NCBI GenBank assembly: GCA_964430375.1
Contig: CAYSEZ010000001.1
Coordinates: forward strand, 532 to 64,531
Source: an uncultured Mycoplasma sp.
GTDB taxonomy: Bacteria > Bacillota_I > Bacilli_A > RF39 > UBA660
DNA: 64,000 bases
Reading direction: 5' to 3'
In this document: piece after piece, positions 20,252 through 30,056 of the stretch
Layout of the letters: each line of letters starts with the position of its first letter
Numbering within the stretch: position 1 is the first letter of the stretch
The notes under the pieces: model-generated
Seen by the model: only the letters and a program-made list of their open reading frames with translations
What the model was told of the DNA's origin: nothing
The model's database searches: none
Program-made: the position numbers and the translations under genes

Positions 20252-21253
20252 TTATATTAAAGATTTTCTAGTAAATACTTCAATATCCTTATTTATATAA
20301 ATATTAACTCTAGCATCAAATACTATTTTTATAAATCCTAAGCCATTAATTACAAGATCATTGTTATATCTAATATTAATTTCTCTAGATGGTAAATCTT
20401 TTAATCTATTGTTTCTCTTACTACTAACTCTTTTTATATCTAAATCATTAGACATAAATATTGTAAAGCTATTTTTTTCTCCTTCTAAATAATCTATTCT
20501 TACAATTTCATCTATTAAAAGGGCTTCTCCTTTTTTTAATTGATATGTTTTTGGTTTAATTTCTTTTTTAGGAGATATTTTTTTTATTTTTTTTACATCT
20601 ACAAAATTTAATAAGTTAGAATCATCTACAAGTCCTGGAGTATCTATTAAAAAATAATCTTTAATGGGTATTTTGATTTCACTTAATGTAGTAGAGGGTA
20701 AAAAAGACATAGTGATTTTCCCTTCTTCTATAGAGTAATTATCTATTATTTTATTTATTAAAGTACTTTTGCCAGCATTAGTATAACCAATTACATATAC
20801 GTTTTTATATGTTCTATATTTATCTATAGTTTTCATTAATTTATCTAAATTATAATTTTTATATGAACTAATTAATATGGTATCTAAAAAAGATAGATTT
20901 TGATCTTTAAAATAATTAATAATTTTTTCTTCTTTTATAGATAAGGGTAAAACATCTTTTTTATTTAAAACTAATATTATTTTATTATTAATTAAATATT
21001 CTTTTATTTTTTCTATATTTTTAGGAATATTTAATATGTCTACAACAAATAAAACTAATGATTTGGTTTTACCTATATTCTTTAATATTTCTATATATTC
21101 TTCATTTGATTTAGTAGTAAATTCATATTCTCCATAATTAATCATTTTAAAACATCTTCTGCAATAGTCATTTCTTAAATCAGTAGTATAACCTTCTATT
21201 AAAATGTTATTATCTTGAAGTTTGCTGCCACATCCTATACATTTTTTATCCAT
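20252..21253 (-). CDS. yqeH: Ribosome biogenesis GTPase YqeH (circularly permuted)
   Basis: N-terminal CxxC...CxxC zinc knuckle (CIGCGS...CRRC). G4 precedes G1 (NKKD ... GYTNAGKST ... DTPG). Confidence 0.85.
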   Translation of the reverse strand: MDKKCIGCGSKLQDNNILIEGYTTDLRNDYCRRCFKMINYGEYEFTTKSNEEYIEILKNIGKTKSLVLFVVDILNIPKNIEKIKEYLINNKIILVLNKKDVLPLSIKEEKIINYFKDQNLSFLDTILISSYKNYNLDKLMKTIDKYRTYKNVYVIGYTNAGKSTLINKIIDNYSIEEGKITMSFLPSTTLSEIKIPIKDYFLIDTPGLVDDSNLLNFVDVKKIKKISPKKEIKPKTYQLKKGEALLIDEIVRIDYLEGEKNSFTIFMSNDLDIKRVSSKRNNRLKDLPSREINIRYNNDLVINGLGFIKIVFDARVNIYINKDIEVFTRKSLI

Positions 21254-21746
21254 AATAATTTCCCCTTTTCATATTATTTTTTTTAAATATTTTAGTTTCT
21301 ATTATACGATTAAATTTAGTAAATATTAATTCTTTATTTTCAAATGGATCTACTAAAATAGTATAATAATTATTTCTATTACCTCCATAAATATCAGTAA
21401 GTAATTGATCTCCTATAATACATGTTTTATTATCTTCTATATCATAATATTTTTTTACTTTATTAAAACCTATTTTAAATGGTTTACAAGATGCATATAT
21501 ATATTTTAAATTATATAAAGCACAAAACATATCTAATTTATTTTTATAAAGTGTATTAGAGATTATTACTATTTTAAAATCACAAGAAAGTTTACTAAAG
21601 AAGTCTTTTAAATCTAAATTAGTATTTTTAGATATTAAAGTATTATCAAAATCAAATAATAATAATTTAATACCTAGTTCTTTTAATTTTTCATAATTAA
21701 TACTTAAAACATCTTTTACATACATATTTGGTAAGTATTTATTCAC
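21246..21746 (-). CDS. yqeG: YqeG-family HAD-IIIA phosphatase
   Basis: LLLFDFDNTL motif I and IGDQLLTDIYGGN motif. Conserved yqeG-yqeH pairing. Confidence 0.78.
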   Translation of the reverse strand: MNKYLPNMYVKDVLSINYEKLKELGIKLLLFDFDNTLISKNTNLDLKDFFSKLSCDFKIVIISNTLYKNKLDMFCALYNLKYIYASCKPFKIGFNKVKKYYDIEDNKTCIIGDQLLTDIYGGNRNNYYTILVDPFENKELIFTKFNRIIETKIFKKNNMKRGNYYG

Positions 21747-21810
21747 TTTATCACCCTAGTATAATAATAACATAAATAATAAAAAAAGAAAATAAGTTTT
21801 AATTATAACT

Positions 21811-23628
21811 TTATCTTCTTTTTGTTCTTCGTATTTTTCTTCTTTTATTTTTAAATATAATAAATATAAATAGAAATAAAATAAGTAATATAATAACTAA
21901 ATAAGTATTATTATCTAAATTATCAAGTGCAAGTTTATAAGAAGTTAATAGTTCTAATGCAGTTTCATCTTTATTATCATAGTCATTATAATTTAAGAAG
22001 AATTTTTCTATGTTATATAAACTATTTTTGTAGTTTTCTCTTTTTTCTTTATTAAATAGATTAATAATAATAGTAGAGTTATTTTCTTCGTAAAATTCTT
22101 TTAATCTTTCTACGTTTTCTGGTACTTCATATAAAGATGGAGCAAGGTTTGATAGTTCATATACATTATTTATTTTTTCGTATTCATAGATTATATCATA
22201 TAAAGTTTTTTCATCGTTTTTTTTGCCTACAAATTCTATTCCATACATTAAACCATCACTATCAAAACCTAATGGGACACTAACAGATGGATAACCTAAT
22301 ATAGGACTTATTGTATAACTAGATGATTCAAAGTTATTTTCTCCAATTTTAGATACTTTATTTTTAGTGGTAGGATATACAAATGCATCTACTTGATAAT
22401 TTTCTATTATACTTTCTACAAAGGTTCTATAATCTTCTTTTAATAAGTTATTTTTATCAATTGTACTTATATCTATAGAACAATCATTAAGATAAGAAGT
22501 TAAATTATATATATGTCCTTTAGAGTTAGCAAGTTCTTCAAAACTTTTTATTTTACTAGAGGTATTTTTTATATAATTATTAAATGCATAACACATAGTC
22601 CAACCACCTAGTACTTTATTATCTGTATCATAGTATTCTTTTGTATAAAAATTACTTAAATGAATTATGTTTGCTCCTTGTTCTTTTAATTTATCTAATG
22701 TTTCGTCAAACATAGTTTTTATTTCACTATAAGTAGAACCTGTTCCATATACATTAAGGTTTTTATCTCCGTATGCAAATTGATCTAGTACTATTATGTT
22801 TTTTCCTTTTAATGTAGAGTTATTAAAATTGCTATAAGTTCCTTCTTCTTTTCCTGCCATTGCTTCAAGTAAAATGGCGTTTTCTTTTACTGTTTTAGTA
22901 ATAGGTCCTACTACATCACGAGTTATATCATAAGCAAGTATTCCAGTTGTATCAATTAAACCAAAGGTTGATCTAAAGCCAATTACTCCGTTAGCGGATG
23001 ATGGTGCTCTAAGGGATGAATTTGTATCTGTTCCAAGGGCTACTGGTGCGTAGATTAAAGATGTAGCAACAGCAGATCCTCCTGATGAACCATAACTAGA
23101 GTAATTAGTGTTATAAGCGTTTTTTGTATATCCATAAGAGCTATTTGAAGAACTAGCCATAAATGCAAACTCACTCATATTTGATTTAGCAAGTACTATC
23201 ATACCTTTTTCTTTTAATTTTTCTATTACAGATGAATCGTTATAAGGAACCGAATCTGATAAGGCTTTAGCACCTCCGGTAGTAGGAAGTCCTTTTACGT
23301 CTATATTATCTTTTACTATTATGGGAATACAATATAAAATGGAATCTCTTCCTTTTACTTTGTATTCTATATCACATTTTTTTGCTTCTTCAATTGCGTT
23401 TTCATTTATTGATATAATTGCATTAAATTTATCATCATAGGCTTCTATTCTATCTAGATAAAGTCTTACTAATAGTTCATAAGTTAAATATCCATTGTCA
23501 ATTGCTTCTTGTATATCATAAATATCCATAGAAGTTATATCAACAGGTGCTTCGTAGTAAGCATTAACTTTTATAATAGATATAAATAGTATTAGGTTAG
23601 TAAAAAGAATTTTTTTTATTATTTTCAT
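21811..23628 (-). CDS. Exported amidase-signature (AS) family enzyme with a C-terminal TM anchor
   Basis: Signal peptide (ILFTNLILFISIIKVNA). AS block GSSGGSAVATSLIYAPVALGTDTNSSLRAPSSANGVIGFRSTFG. C-terminal TM plus polybasic tail (KNKRRKIRRTKRR). Confidence 0.8.
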   Translation of the reverse strand: MKIIKKILFTNLILFISIIKVNAYYEAPVDITSMDIYDIQEAIDNGYLTYELLVRLYLDRIEAYDDKFNAIISINENAIEEAKKCDIEYKVKGRDSILYCIPIIVKDNIDVKGLPTTGGAKALSDSVPYNDSSVIEKLKEKGMIVLAKSNMSEFAFMASSSNSSYGYTKNAYNTNYSSYGSSGGSAVATSLIYAPVALGTDTNSSLRAPSSANGVIGFRSTFGLIDTTGILAYDITRDVVGPITKTVKENAILLEAMAGKEEGTYSNFNNSTLKGKNIIVLDQFAYGDKNLNVYGTGSTYSEIKTMFDETLDKLKEQGANIIHLSNFYTKEYYDTDNKVLGGWTMCYAFNNYIKNTSSKIKSFEELANSKGHIYNLTSYLNDCSIDISTIDKNNLLKEDYRTFVESIIENYQVDAFVYPTTKNKVSKIGENNFESSSYTISPILGYPSVSVPLGFDSDGLMYGIEFVGKKNDEKTLYDIIYEYEKINNVYELSNLAPSLYEVPENVERLKEFYEENNSTIIINLFNKEKRENYKNSLYNIEKFFLNYNDYDNKDETALELLTSYKLALDNLDNNTYLVIILLILFLFIFIIFKNKRRKIRRTKRR

Positions 23629-23717
23629 AGGCTCTCCTTATAATAATATTATAATACAAAAAAATTATAAAGTCTAAAAATTAAAAATACATTAAATTAC
23701 AAAAAAGACCAAATGGT

Positions 23718-24335
23718 CTATTTAGTATTAATTGTTTTTACTCTTTTTCTAGCATGTCCTAAAGAGTTTATATCTAATTTATCTATTTCTATATCTTTAG
23801 GATCAATATAAGTTATTTCAATATCATATTTTTTAGCAAGTAATTCTGTCATTGTTTTATAAATATTTATTGCTTCTTCTATTTTGTTATTTTCAATTGC
23901 TGTTACAACTTTTTTTATATAATCGTTAAATAATAATGTTGCTATTTTTTCTTTGCTTTTATCATTATAAAGATTATAAGCAATTTCAGGACCTACTGTA
24001 TCATATATAATTAATAAAGGTATATAATTAATATCTTTTTGAAGTACATTATCTCTAAAAGATCTTAATGTTTGTAAATAATAATTATCATCAGAATAAT
24101 TTAAAATATCACACATTGCAGTTGTTAAATAACATATACTAGGATTTTTAGATTTTTCTGAATTTTCATACATATTTTCTCTAGCAGATCTCCCACGAGA
24201 ATATTCTTCATAAAAAGAATAACATTTTGGATCGTTTGCATAAACATATCCTTTTTTACTACAATAATACCTTCCATTTGAATCAGCTACTTCTTCTAAG
24301 TAAGTACAAGCTGCACAATAACTTTCTAACGCCAT
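23718..24335 (-). CDS. Cysteine-rich hypothetical protein with a CYLTTAMC motif
   Basis: N-terminal CxxC/C...C knuckle (YCAACTY...YYCSKKG...PKCY), then ICYLTTAMCDIL...LRSFRDNVL. No signal peptide or TM. Confidence 0.6.
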   Translation of the reverse strand: MALESYCAACTYLEEVADSNGRYYCSKKGYVYANDPKCYSFYEEYSRGRSARENMYENSEKSKNPSICYLTTAMCDILNYSDDNYYLQTLRSFRDNVLQKDINYIPLLIIYDTVGPEIAYNLYNDKSKEKIATLLFNDYIKKVVTAIENNKIEEAINIYKTMTELLAKKYDIEITYIDPKDIEIDKLDINSLGHARKRVKTINTK

Positions 24336-24421
24336 ATTTACTCATCTCCTTTTCTAACCATTATAATATAATAAAACTAAATAGGTGTCAATTTATTTTT
24401 GCATAAAAAAAGCCTATAAGG

Positions 24422-24892
24422 CTATTTAATACTAATTACTTTTATTTCATAACTTCCATTTGGACTTTGTACAGAAACTACATCTCCAACTTTGTGACCC
24501 ATAAGTGCTACTGCAATTGGAGATTCATTAGATATTTTACTTTCAAATGGATCAGCTTCTTGACTACCAACTATTTTATATTCATCAGTGTCATCGTCTT
24601 CATCAACATATGAAATAGTTACAGTATTACCTACTCCGACTTTATCTGTTCTAGTTTCTTCAATAATTGTAACATTATCTATTATTGCTTCTAATTTCTT
24701 AATTTTAGCTTCTATTTCTGCTTGTTCATTTCTTGCAGCATCATAGTCAGCATTTTCTGATAAATCTCCTAGTGCTCTAGCTTCTTTAATTGCAATAACA
24801 TTTTCAGGTCTTGCTACATTTATTAAATAATTTAATTCTTCTTTTATTTCTTCAAATCCTTCCTTTGTTAGGAAAATTGGTTTTTTATTCAT
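24422..24892 (-). CDS. greA: Transcription elongation factor GreA
   Basis: GDLSENADYDAARNEQ coiled-coil tip motif plus a C-terminal FKBP-like domain. Confidence 0.95.
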   Translation of the reverse strand: MNKKPIFLTKEGFEEIKEELNYLINVARPENVIAIKEARALGDLSENADYDAARNEQAEIEAKIKKLEAIIDNVTIIEETRTDKVGVGNTVTISYVDEDDDTDEYKIVGSQEADPFESKISNESPIAVALMGHKVGDVVSVQSPNGSYEIKVISIK

Positions 24893-25009
24893 TGTTCTTT
24901 CACCTCGTAATTTTTTTCGTTCCTTAAAAGGATACTATTTTTTTTGATATTTGTCAAGTGGATAGACAAAGTTAATAATATAATATGCTAACTTTTTAAA
25001 TATTTTACA

Positions 25010-25618
25010 CTAAATTCTTTTTTCTGTTACAGAAAGTCCATCTCCTATATCATAAAATGTTGTTTTGTATTTTATGTTATCATCTAAAAATACAATATAA
25101 TTTCTAATTTTTTTAACAAGTGCTCTTAGATTACGATTTTCTATTTCACTTAAATCTTTTTTTACATATCCGTGAAAACTTAAATTATCAGTAATTATAG
25201 AACCCTTTGAATTAAGATTCTTTTCAAAATGATTAAAAAAATCAATATTTTTACTTTTAGCAGCATCTATTAAAATTAAATCAAATTTTTCTTTTATTTT
25301 TACATCTAATGCATCTTTATACATTAAAGTAATTCTATCTTGAAGATTTAACTTCTTAACATTTTTAACAGCTTCTAGATATCTATCTCTATCTTTTTCA
25401 ATTGATACTACTGTAACATTTGGATTAGTAAGAGCCATCATAATTGCAGAATATCCAATTGCAGTACCTATTTCAAGTATAGTTCTAACTTTCTTTTTTA
25501 TTATATAAGATGTTAAAAAATCAATACTTTCATCTACCATTATAGGTACTTTATTATCTAAAGCATACTTTTTTATTTCTGATATATCACTATATATTTG
25601 TTCTACCATTCTAACCAC
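25010..25618 (-). CDS. SAM-dependent O-methyltransferase, YrrM/TrmR-like
   Basis: Class I MTase motif ILEIGTAIGYSAI plus IDAAK. Position next to mltG mirrors B. subtilis yrrL-yrrM. The start could instead be the ATG at 25609. Confidence 0.75.
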   Translation of the reverse strand: MVRMVEQIYSDISEIKKYALDNKVPIMVDESIDFLTSYIIKKKVRTILEIGTAIGYSAIMMALTNPNVTVVSIEKDRDRYLEAVKNVKKLNLQDRITLMYKDALDVKIKEKFDLILIDAAKSKNIDFFNHFEKNLNSKGSIITDNLSFHGYVKKDLSEIENRNLRALVKKIRNYIVFLDDNIKYKTTFYDIGDGLSVTEKRI

Positions 25619-26676
25619 AATCCTTCATTTTGTAATTTATTTTGAGTACTTACGTGTTCACTATAAGTTTTATTAAAATATAATTTATTATTTTTATCTG
25701 ATACAAAGTAATAATAATCTGTATCTATTGGATTAACTACAGCTTCTATTGCATCGCTACTAGGAGCACTTATTGGACCAATAGGTACAAGTACTGGGTT
25801 ATCTCCTCTTGTATTATATGAGTTCTTACTATCAATATCTTTTTGAAGTAATTCACTATCCATATCTTTTTTAACTCCATAATAAGAAGTAACACAACTT
25901 CCTAAAGCCATACCTATATCCATTCTATTTAAGAATACACTAGCTATATTTTTAAAGTCATCACTGTTTACTCCTTCACTTTGAGTTACTGATGCAATTG
26001 TAAGTATTTCATGTATATTTTTATTATTAAGTTTATCTTTATATATAGATAAAACACTATCCATTTTATCAAGCATAACAGTAAATATTTCTTCTACAGA
26101 AGAATCTTTATTTATAAAATATGTATCTGGATATAAATATCCTTCTAGTGAATAATATATATTACTATTTTTTATATCACTAGTAATAAACCAATATTTA
26201 TCTATTAAAGTATCTAAATATGTTTTATCTTTTAATTTATTCATTACATCATCATAATTATTATTAGTATTTTCTTCAATTAAAGTAGCAACTTTTCTCA
26301 TATTTATACCTTCATTAAAAGTAATAGATACTATATTAGTGTTTTCTCCACCTTCTTCTAGAACATCTACTATTTCTTTTAAATTCATATCTTTATTAAA
26401 TGTATAACCTGCTGCATATATATTATCTATCTTTCTAATTTTTATATAAAGATAGAAAAATTTTTCATTTCTAATAAGATTATTTTCTTTTAAAATACTT
26501 GCTATATCATAAGTACTAGATCCACTAGGTATTATAACATTAACTTCTTCATTTTTGTTTTCTACACTAGACATATTATAACCAATAATGATAGTAAAAA
26601 TACCAATAATAATAAATATAAAAATAATTAATAAATATAAAACTTTTTTCTTAAGTTTTTTACGCTTTTTCTTCAT
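25603..26676 (-). CDS. mltG: Endolytic murein transglycosylase MltG (YceG-like)
   Basis: N-terminal TM. YceG blocks EGYLYPDTY, ILTIASVTQSE and YNTRGDNPVLVPIGPISAPS. The track start at 26715 is a TTG with a 56-nt overlap, so the ATG at 26676 is more likely. Confidence 0.85.
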   Translation of the reverse strand: MKKKRKKLKKKVLYLLIIFIFIIIGIFTIIIGYNMSSVENKNEEVNVIIPSGSSTYDIASILKENNLIRNEKFFYLYIKIRKIDNIYAAGYTFNKDMNLKEIVDVLEEGGENTNIVSITFNEGINMRKVATLIEENTNNNYDDVMNKLKDKTYLDTLIDKYWFITSDIKNSNIYYSLEGYLYPDTYFINKDSSVEEIFTVMLDKMDSVLSIYKDKLNNKNIHEILTIASVTQSEGVNSDDFKNIASVFLNRMDIGMALGSCVTSYYGVKKDMDSELLQKDIDSKNSYNTRGDNPVLVPIGPISAPSSDAIEAVVNPIDTDYYYFVSDKNNKLYFNKTYSEHVSTQNKLQNEGLWLEW

Positions 26677-26953
26677 TACTATTATTTTCTTGAATAACCC
26701 TAAGGGCAGTTTCAATTACCTTCCATTCTTTTTCAGTAGTAATAGGTTCTAATTTCATATAATCATTTTCCCTAGTCACAATAGAACCATAAGCCTTTAA
26801 ATTACCATTTTCATCCATTTCATTATCTGTATATGCTAAATATGTTTTACCTGTTTCATTAGATTCAAATTCAAGTAATTTATAAAAAGTTTTTTCTTCT
26901 CCTTCTTCATTAAAACCTATAAACATATCATCAGTTAATTCTTTTTTATCCAT
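26660..26953 (-). CDS. DUF1292 (YrzB-like) protein
   Basis: Small acidic protein with the FYKLLEFESNETGKTYLAYTD pattern. Conserved position between ruvX and mltG. Confidence 0.72.
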   Translation of the reverse strand: MDKKELTDDMFIGFNEEGEEKTFYKLLEFESNETGKTYLAYTDNEMDENGNLKAYGSIVTRENDYMKLEPITTEKEWKVIETALRVIQENNSNEEKA

Positions 26954-26957
26954 AATA

Positions 26958-27368
26958 TTATTCCTTTCTATCTAAATATGATTGAAGTATCACAACAGCA
27001 GAAACCCCATCTATTACTTTTTTTCTTTTTTTTCTACTCATATTAGCACTTATTAAAGTACTTTCTGCTAGTTTAGTAGTTAGTCTTTCATCTTCTAGAA
27101 GTACTTCGATACCTGTTATTTCTTCTAATTTTTCTTTAAATTCAATTGTTTCAGTACTTCTCCAACCACAAGTATTATCCATATTTTTAGGTAAACCAAG
27201 TACTATTTTAGAAACATTTTCTTTTTTTACTATATCATTTACTACATTAAGTAATTTATTAACATCAGTATAACTAATATTATCATAAAAAGATGCAACT
27301 ATTCCTAATTTATCTGATAAAGAAATACCTAATGTTTTTGTACCTAAATCAAGTCCTAAATATCTCAT
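26958..27368 (-). CDS. ruvX: Putative pre-16S rRNA nuclease / Holliday junction resolvase-like RuvX (YqgF)
   Basis: YLGLDLGTKTLGISLSD N-terminus and DERLTT motif. Confidence 0.9.
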   Translation of the reverse strand: MRYLGLDLGTKTLGISLSDKLGIVASFYDNISYTDVNKLLNVVNDIVKKENVSKIVLGLPKNMDNTCGWRSTETIEFKEKLEEITGIEVLLEDERLTTKLAESTLISANMSRKKRKKVIDGVSAVVILQSYLDRKE

Positions 27369-27613
27369 AAATCCCTTAAATAATCCTTTAAAAGTGCTTC
27401 TAGTATTTCATCTCTATTAATTTTAGATATTTTATTTTTAGAATTTTTATAATCAGTTATATAAGATAAATCTCCATTTAAAAGATATCCTACTATTTGA
27501 TTTATTCCATTATAACCTTCTTCTTCTAAAGCATTTTTTACATTTATTAAAGTTTCAGTAATTGTATAATTACTTTTATCTGTAAATTCATATATATTAA
27601 TATCACTGTTCAA
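27365..27613 (-). CDS. ireB: IreB-family regulatory phosphoprotein (UPF0297/YrzL)
   Basis: 82 aa with an ALEEEGYNGINQIVGYLLNGDLSYIT block. Located directly upstream of ruvX. Confidence 0.8.
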   Translation of the reverse strand: MNSDINIYEFTDKSNYTITETLINVKNALEEEGYNGINQIVGYLLNGDLSYITDYKNSKNKISKINRDEILEALLKDYLRDL

Positions 27614-27704
27614 AATATCACCTCTTCTAATTTATACATTACATATTCTAACATTTTTTTTATATTTTATCAAGTAATATAGTACAATTTTTAATACCAT
27701 ATAA

Positions 27705-28874
27705 TTAATTAGCTTTATTATTATAAATTGCTTTATTATATACTTTTAATATATTATTAGCAAAATTACTTAAAGAATATTTATTAACAGAAGAAATGGT
27801 ATTTTGTTTTAATTTATTTAATTTATCATTATTTTTATATAAATATAATACTTTATTAATATAATCATTTTTATTATTAAATAAATAACCATTATAACCA
27901 TTTTTAATTATTTCTTTAAAAACATCACATTTAATACATAAAACGGGTAAACCACTAGATAAAGATTCAATTACTGTTAAACCTTGTGTTTCACTGGTGC
28001 TGCTGGTTACAAATATATTACTCATTTGATAATAATTATTAATTATATCATGTGATACTTTTCCTAGAAAAATAATACTATTTTCTTTTTTATTTTGTTT
28101 AACTTTATATTTTAATTCTTCTTCTAATGGGCCTGTTCCTACTATTAAGAGTTTAATATTAGGATAAATATTAGATATTAAGAAATGAGAATCTATCAAA
28201 AATTCAATATTTTTTTCATATCCAATTCTACCTACCCATAATATAATAAAATCTTCTTTTTTTAAATTTATTTTTTTATTTAATACTTCTTTATTAACAT
28301 TTGAAAATTTATCTAAATCTATACCAGTAGGTACTATATTAATATTATTTTTAATTTTATAATTATCTAATAATAATTTTTTTATTTTTTTAGTTGGTAC
28401 AATAATCTCATTTATTATTTTATCATTATAATAAGAAGAAATTAATTTTGATATAAAAATATTAGTAATTTTATTAAGATGACCTTTAGTAATATAGTTT
28501 AATACATCATCATATTTTGTATGGAATGTTTGTATAAAAGGGATATTTAGTTTTTTAGCCATACTTTTTCCAAATCTACCAATAGTAAATTCAGTATGAG
28601 AATGGATAATATCTAAGTTTAAATTTTCTATTATTTTTTCACATTTTTTTGGATAAGTTAAACGTAATTTAAAATCATTTATATTTGTTTTAGTACTAGG
28701 AATCTTTATAATATTTTTTTCATTTAAGTATTTTTTTATTTTACTATTTCCATTAGGTATAATAATATAAACAGTATTTCCTTCTTTTTCTAAAGCAAGT
28801 TTTAAGTTTTTTACTGATTCTACCATACCACTTATATATGTATCATAAACATCTAAAAAAAAGCCTACTTTCAT
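27705..28874 (-). CDS. Family 4 glycosyltransferase (glycolipid synthase-like)
   Basis: GT-B fold with the GRIGYEKN and SETQGLTVIESLSSGLPV (E-x7-E region) blocks. Confidence 0.8.
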   Translation of the reverse strand: MKVGFFLDVYDTYISGMVESVKNLKLALEKEGNTVYIIIPNGNSKIKKYLNEKNIIKIPSTKTNINDFKLRLTYPKKCEKIIENLNLDIIHSHTEFTIGRFGKSMAKKLNIPFIQTFHTKYDDVLNYITKGHLNKITNIFISKLISSYYNDKIINEIIVPTKKIKKLLLDNYKIKNNINIVPTGIDLDKFSNVNKEVLNKKINLKKEDFIILWVGRIGYEKNIEFLIDSHFLISNIYPNIKLLIVGTGPLEEELKYKVKQNKKENSIIFLGKVSHDIINNYYQMSNIFVTSSTSETQGLTVIESLSSGLPVLCIKCDVFKEIIKNGYNGYLFNNKNDYINKVLYLYKNNDKLNKLKQNTISSVNKYSLSNFANNILKVYNKAIYNNKAN

Positions 28875-28946
28875 TTCATCACCTAATTAAATCTATGATA
28901 TAAAGCTTTAATTATTTTAAATAAAAAAGGTTTTAAACCTTTTTAC

Positions 28947-29432
28947 TTATATATCTAATTCAATTTTTTTATTTGAGTTTAATTTTTTATATTTTACACC
29001 ACATATATCAAGCATTTTTTTTGATGCAATAACAGAATCTGTATCTTTATATTTGTCAGATAAATATATTATTTCTTTTATGCCTGATTGAATTATTAAT
29101 TTAGTACATTCATTACATGGAAATAAATCTACATATATTTTAGCGTTTTCTAAGTCTTTTCTAGAACCTCTGTAATTTAATATAGCATTCATTTCAGCAT
29201 GACATACATAAAAATATTTTGTATTAAGGGGATTACCTTCTCTATCCCACGGAAAATCATCATCATTAAAACCATTTGGTGCACCATTATATCCAATAGA
29301 AAGTATTCTGTTATCTAGTCCTACAATGCACGCTCCAACTGTGGTATTTGGATCTTTACTTCTTTTTGAAGAAAGTTTTGCTATCCCCATAAAATATTCA
29401 TCCCAAGTTAAATAATCTTTTCTTTTATTCAT
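28947..29432 (-). CDS. comEB: dCMP deaminase (ComEB-like)
   Basis: Zinc motifs CHAEMNAI and PCNECTKLIIQSGIKEI. Confidence 0.9.
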   Translation of the reverse strand: MNKRKDYLTWDEYFMGIAKLSSKRSKDPNTTVGACIVGLDNRILSIGYNGAPNGFNDDDFPWDREGNPLNTKYFYVCHAEMNAILNYRGSRKDLENAKIYVDLFPCNECTKLIIQSGIKEIIYLSDKYKDTDSVIASKKMLDICGVKYKKLNSNKKIELDI

Positions 29433-30015
29433 AAACTACTCCTTTTGTATTTAATACTATTTTACCCTCTATAGTTTTTTTGGTTATTACTATTAATATA
29501 TCTACAAATGATATTAACATAACTATTAAAGTTAATATATTAATAGGACTTCTAGCTAAATATACACCTAAACCTGATATAAAGGTAAATACTATAAATC
29601 TAATATAATTTTTAGTTATTATATTTTGACCACCTACTATACCAAGTAATATGGTGATAATAATATATATTTTTTTATCAATTATTGTTTCTTTAGTAAA
29701 ATCTTTTTTAGTTATAGTTTTATTTAATTTTTTTAATTCAATTAATTGTTTAATTAAAATAACTATATTTGCAATTAATACTAGAGAAAATAAAGTTAAT
29801 AATATATATCCTATAACATGTTTTAACTTAGTATCTAATGGTTTCATAATAGGAAATGGTAATAAATTTATATTAAGTTCAGTACTTATTACTATTACTA
29901 TTGGTATAAATATAAATGCTACAGTAGTAAAGTTATTTTTTAGTTTGTTTTCTAAATTAGATATTTCTTTATTCATATTTGACTCCTTAATTATTATATA
30001 ATGTATATTTGTCAC
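29425..30015 (-). CDS. Polytopic membrane protein of unknown function
   Basis: Four predicted TMs. 8-nt overlap with comEB. Confidence 0.6.
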   Translation of the reverse strand: MTNIHYIIIKESNMNKEISNLENKLKNNFTTVAFIFIPIVIVISTELNINLLPFPIMKPLDTKLKHVIGYILLTLFSLVLIANIVILIKQLIELKKLNKTITKKDFTKETIIDKKIYIIITILLGIVGGQNIITKNYIRFIVFTFISGLGVYLARSPINILTLIVMLISFVDILIVITKKTIEGKIVLNTKGVVYE

Positions 30016-30056
30016 GATATTTATTGATTTATAATCTTATAATTTTTCTATAATGT

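Noticed and set aside
18505-21253. HerA-based anti-phage system (Sir2-HerA or DUF4297-HerA) or a HerA-NurA pair.
   Set aside because: The adjacent ORF is a clear YqeH GTPase (zinc knuckle, permuted G motifs). No nuclease, Sir2 or NurA-like gene flanks the ATPase. Only the unusual context is kept as a finding.
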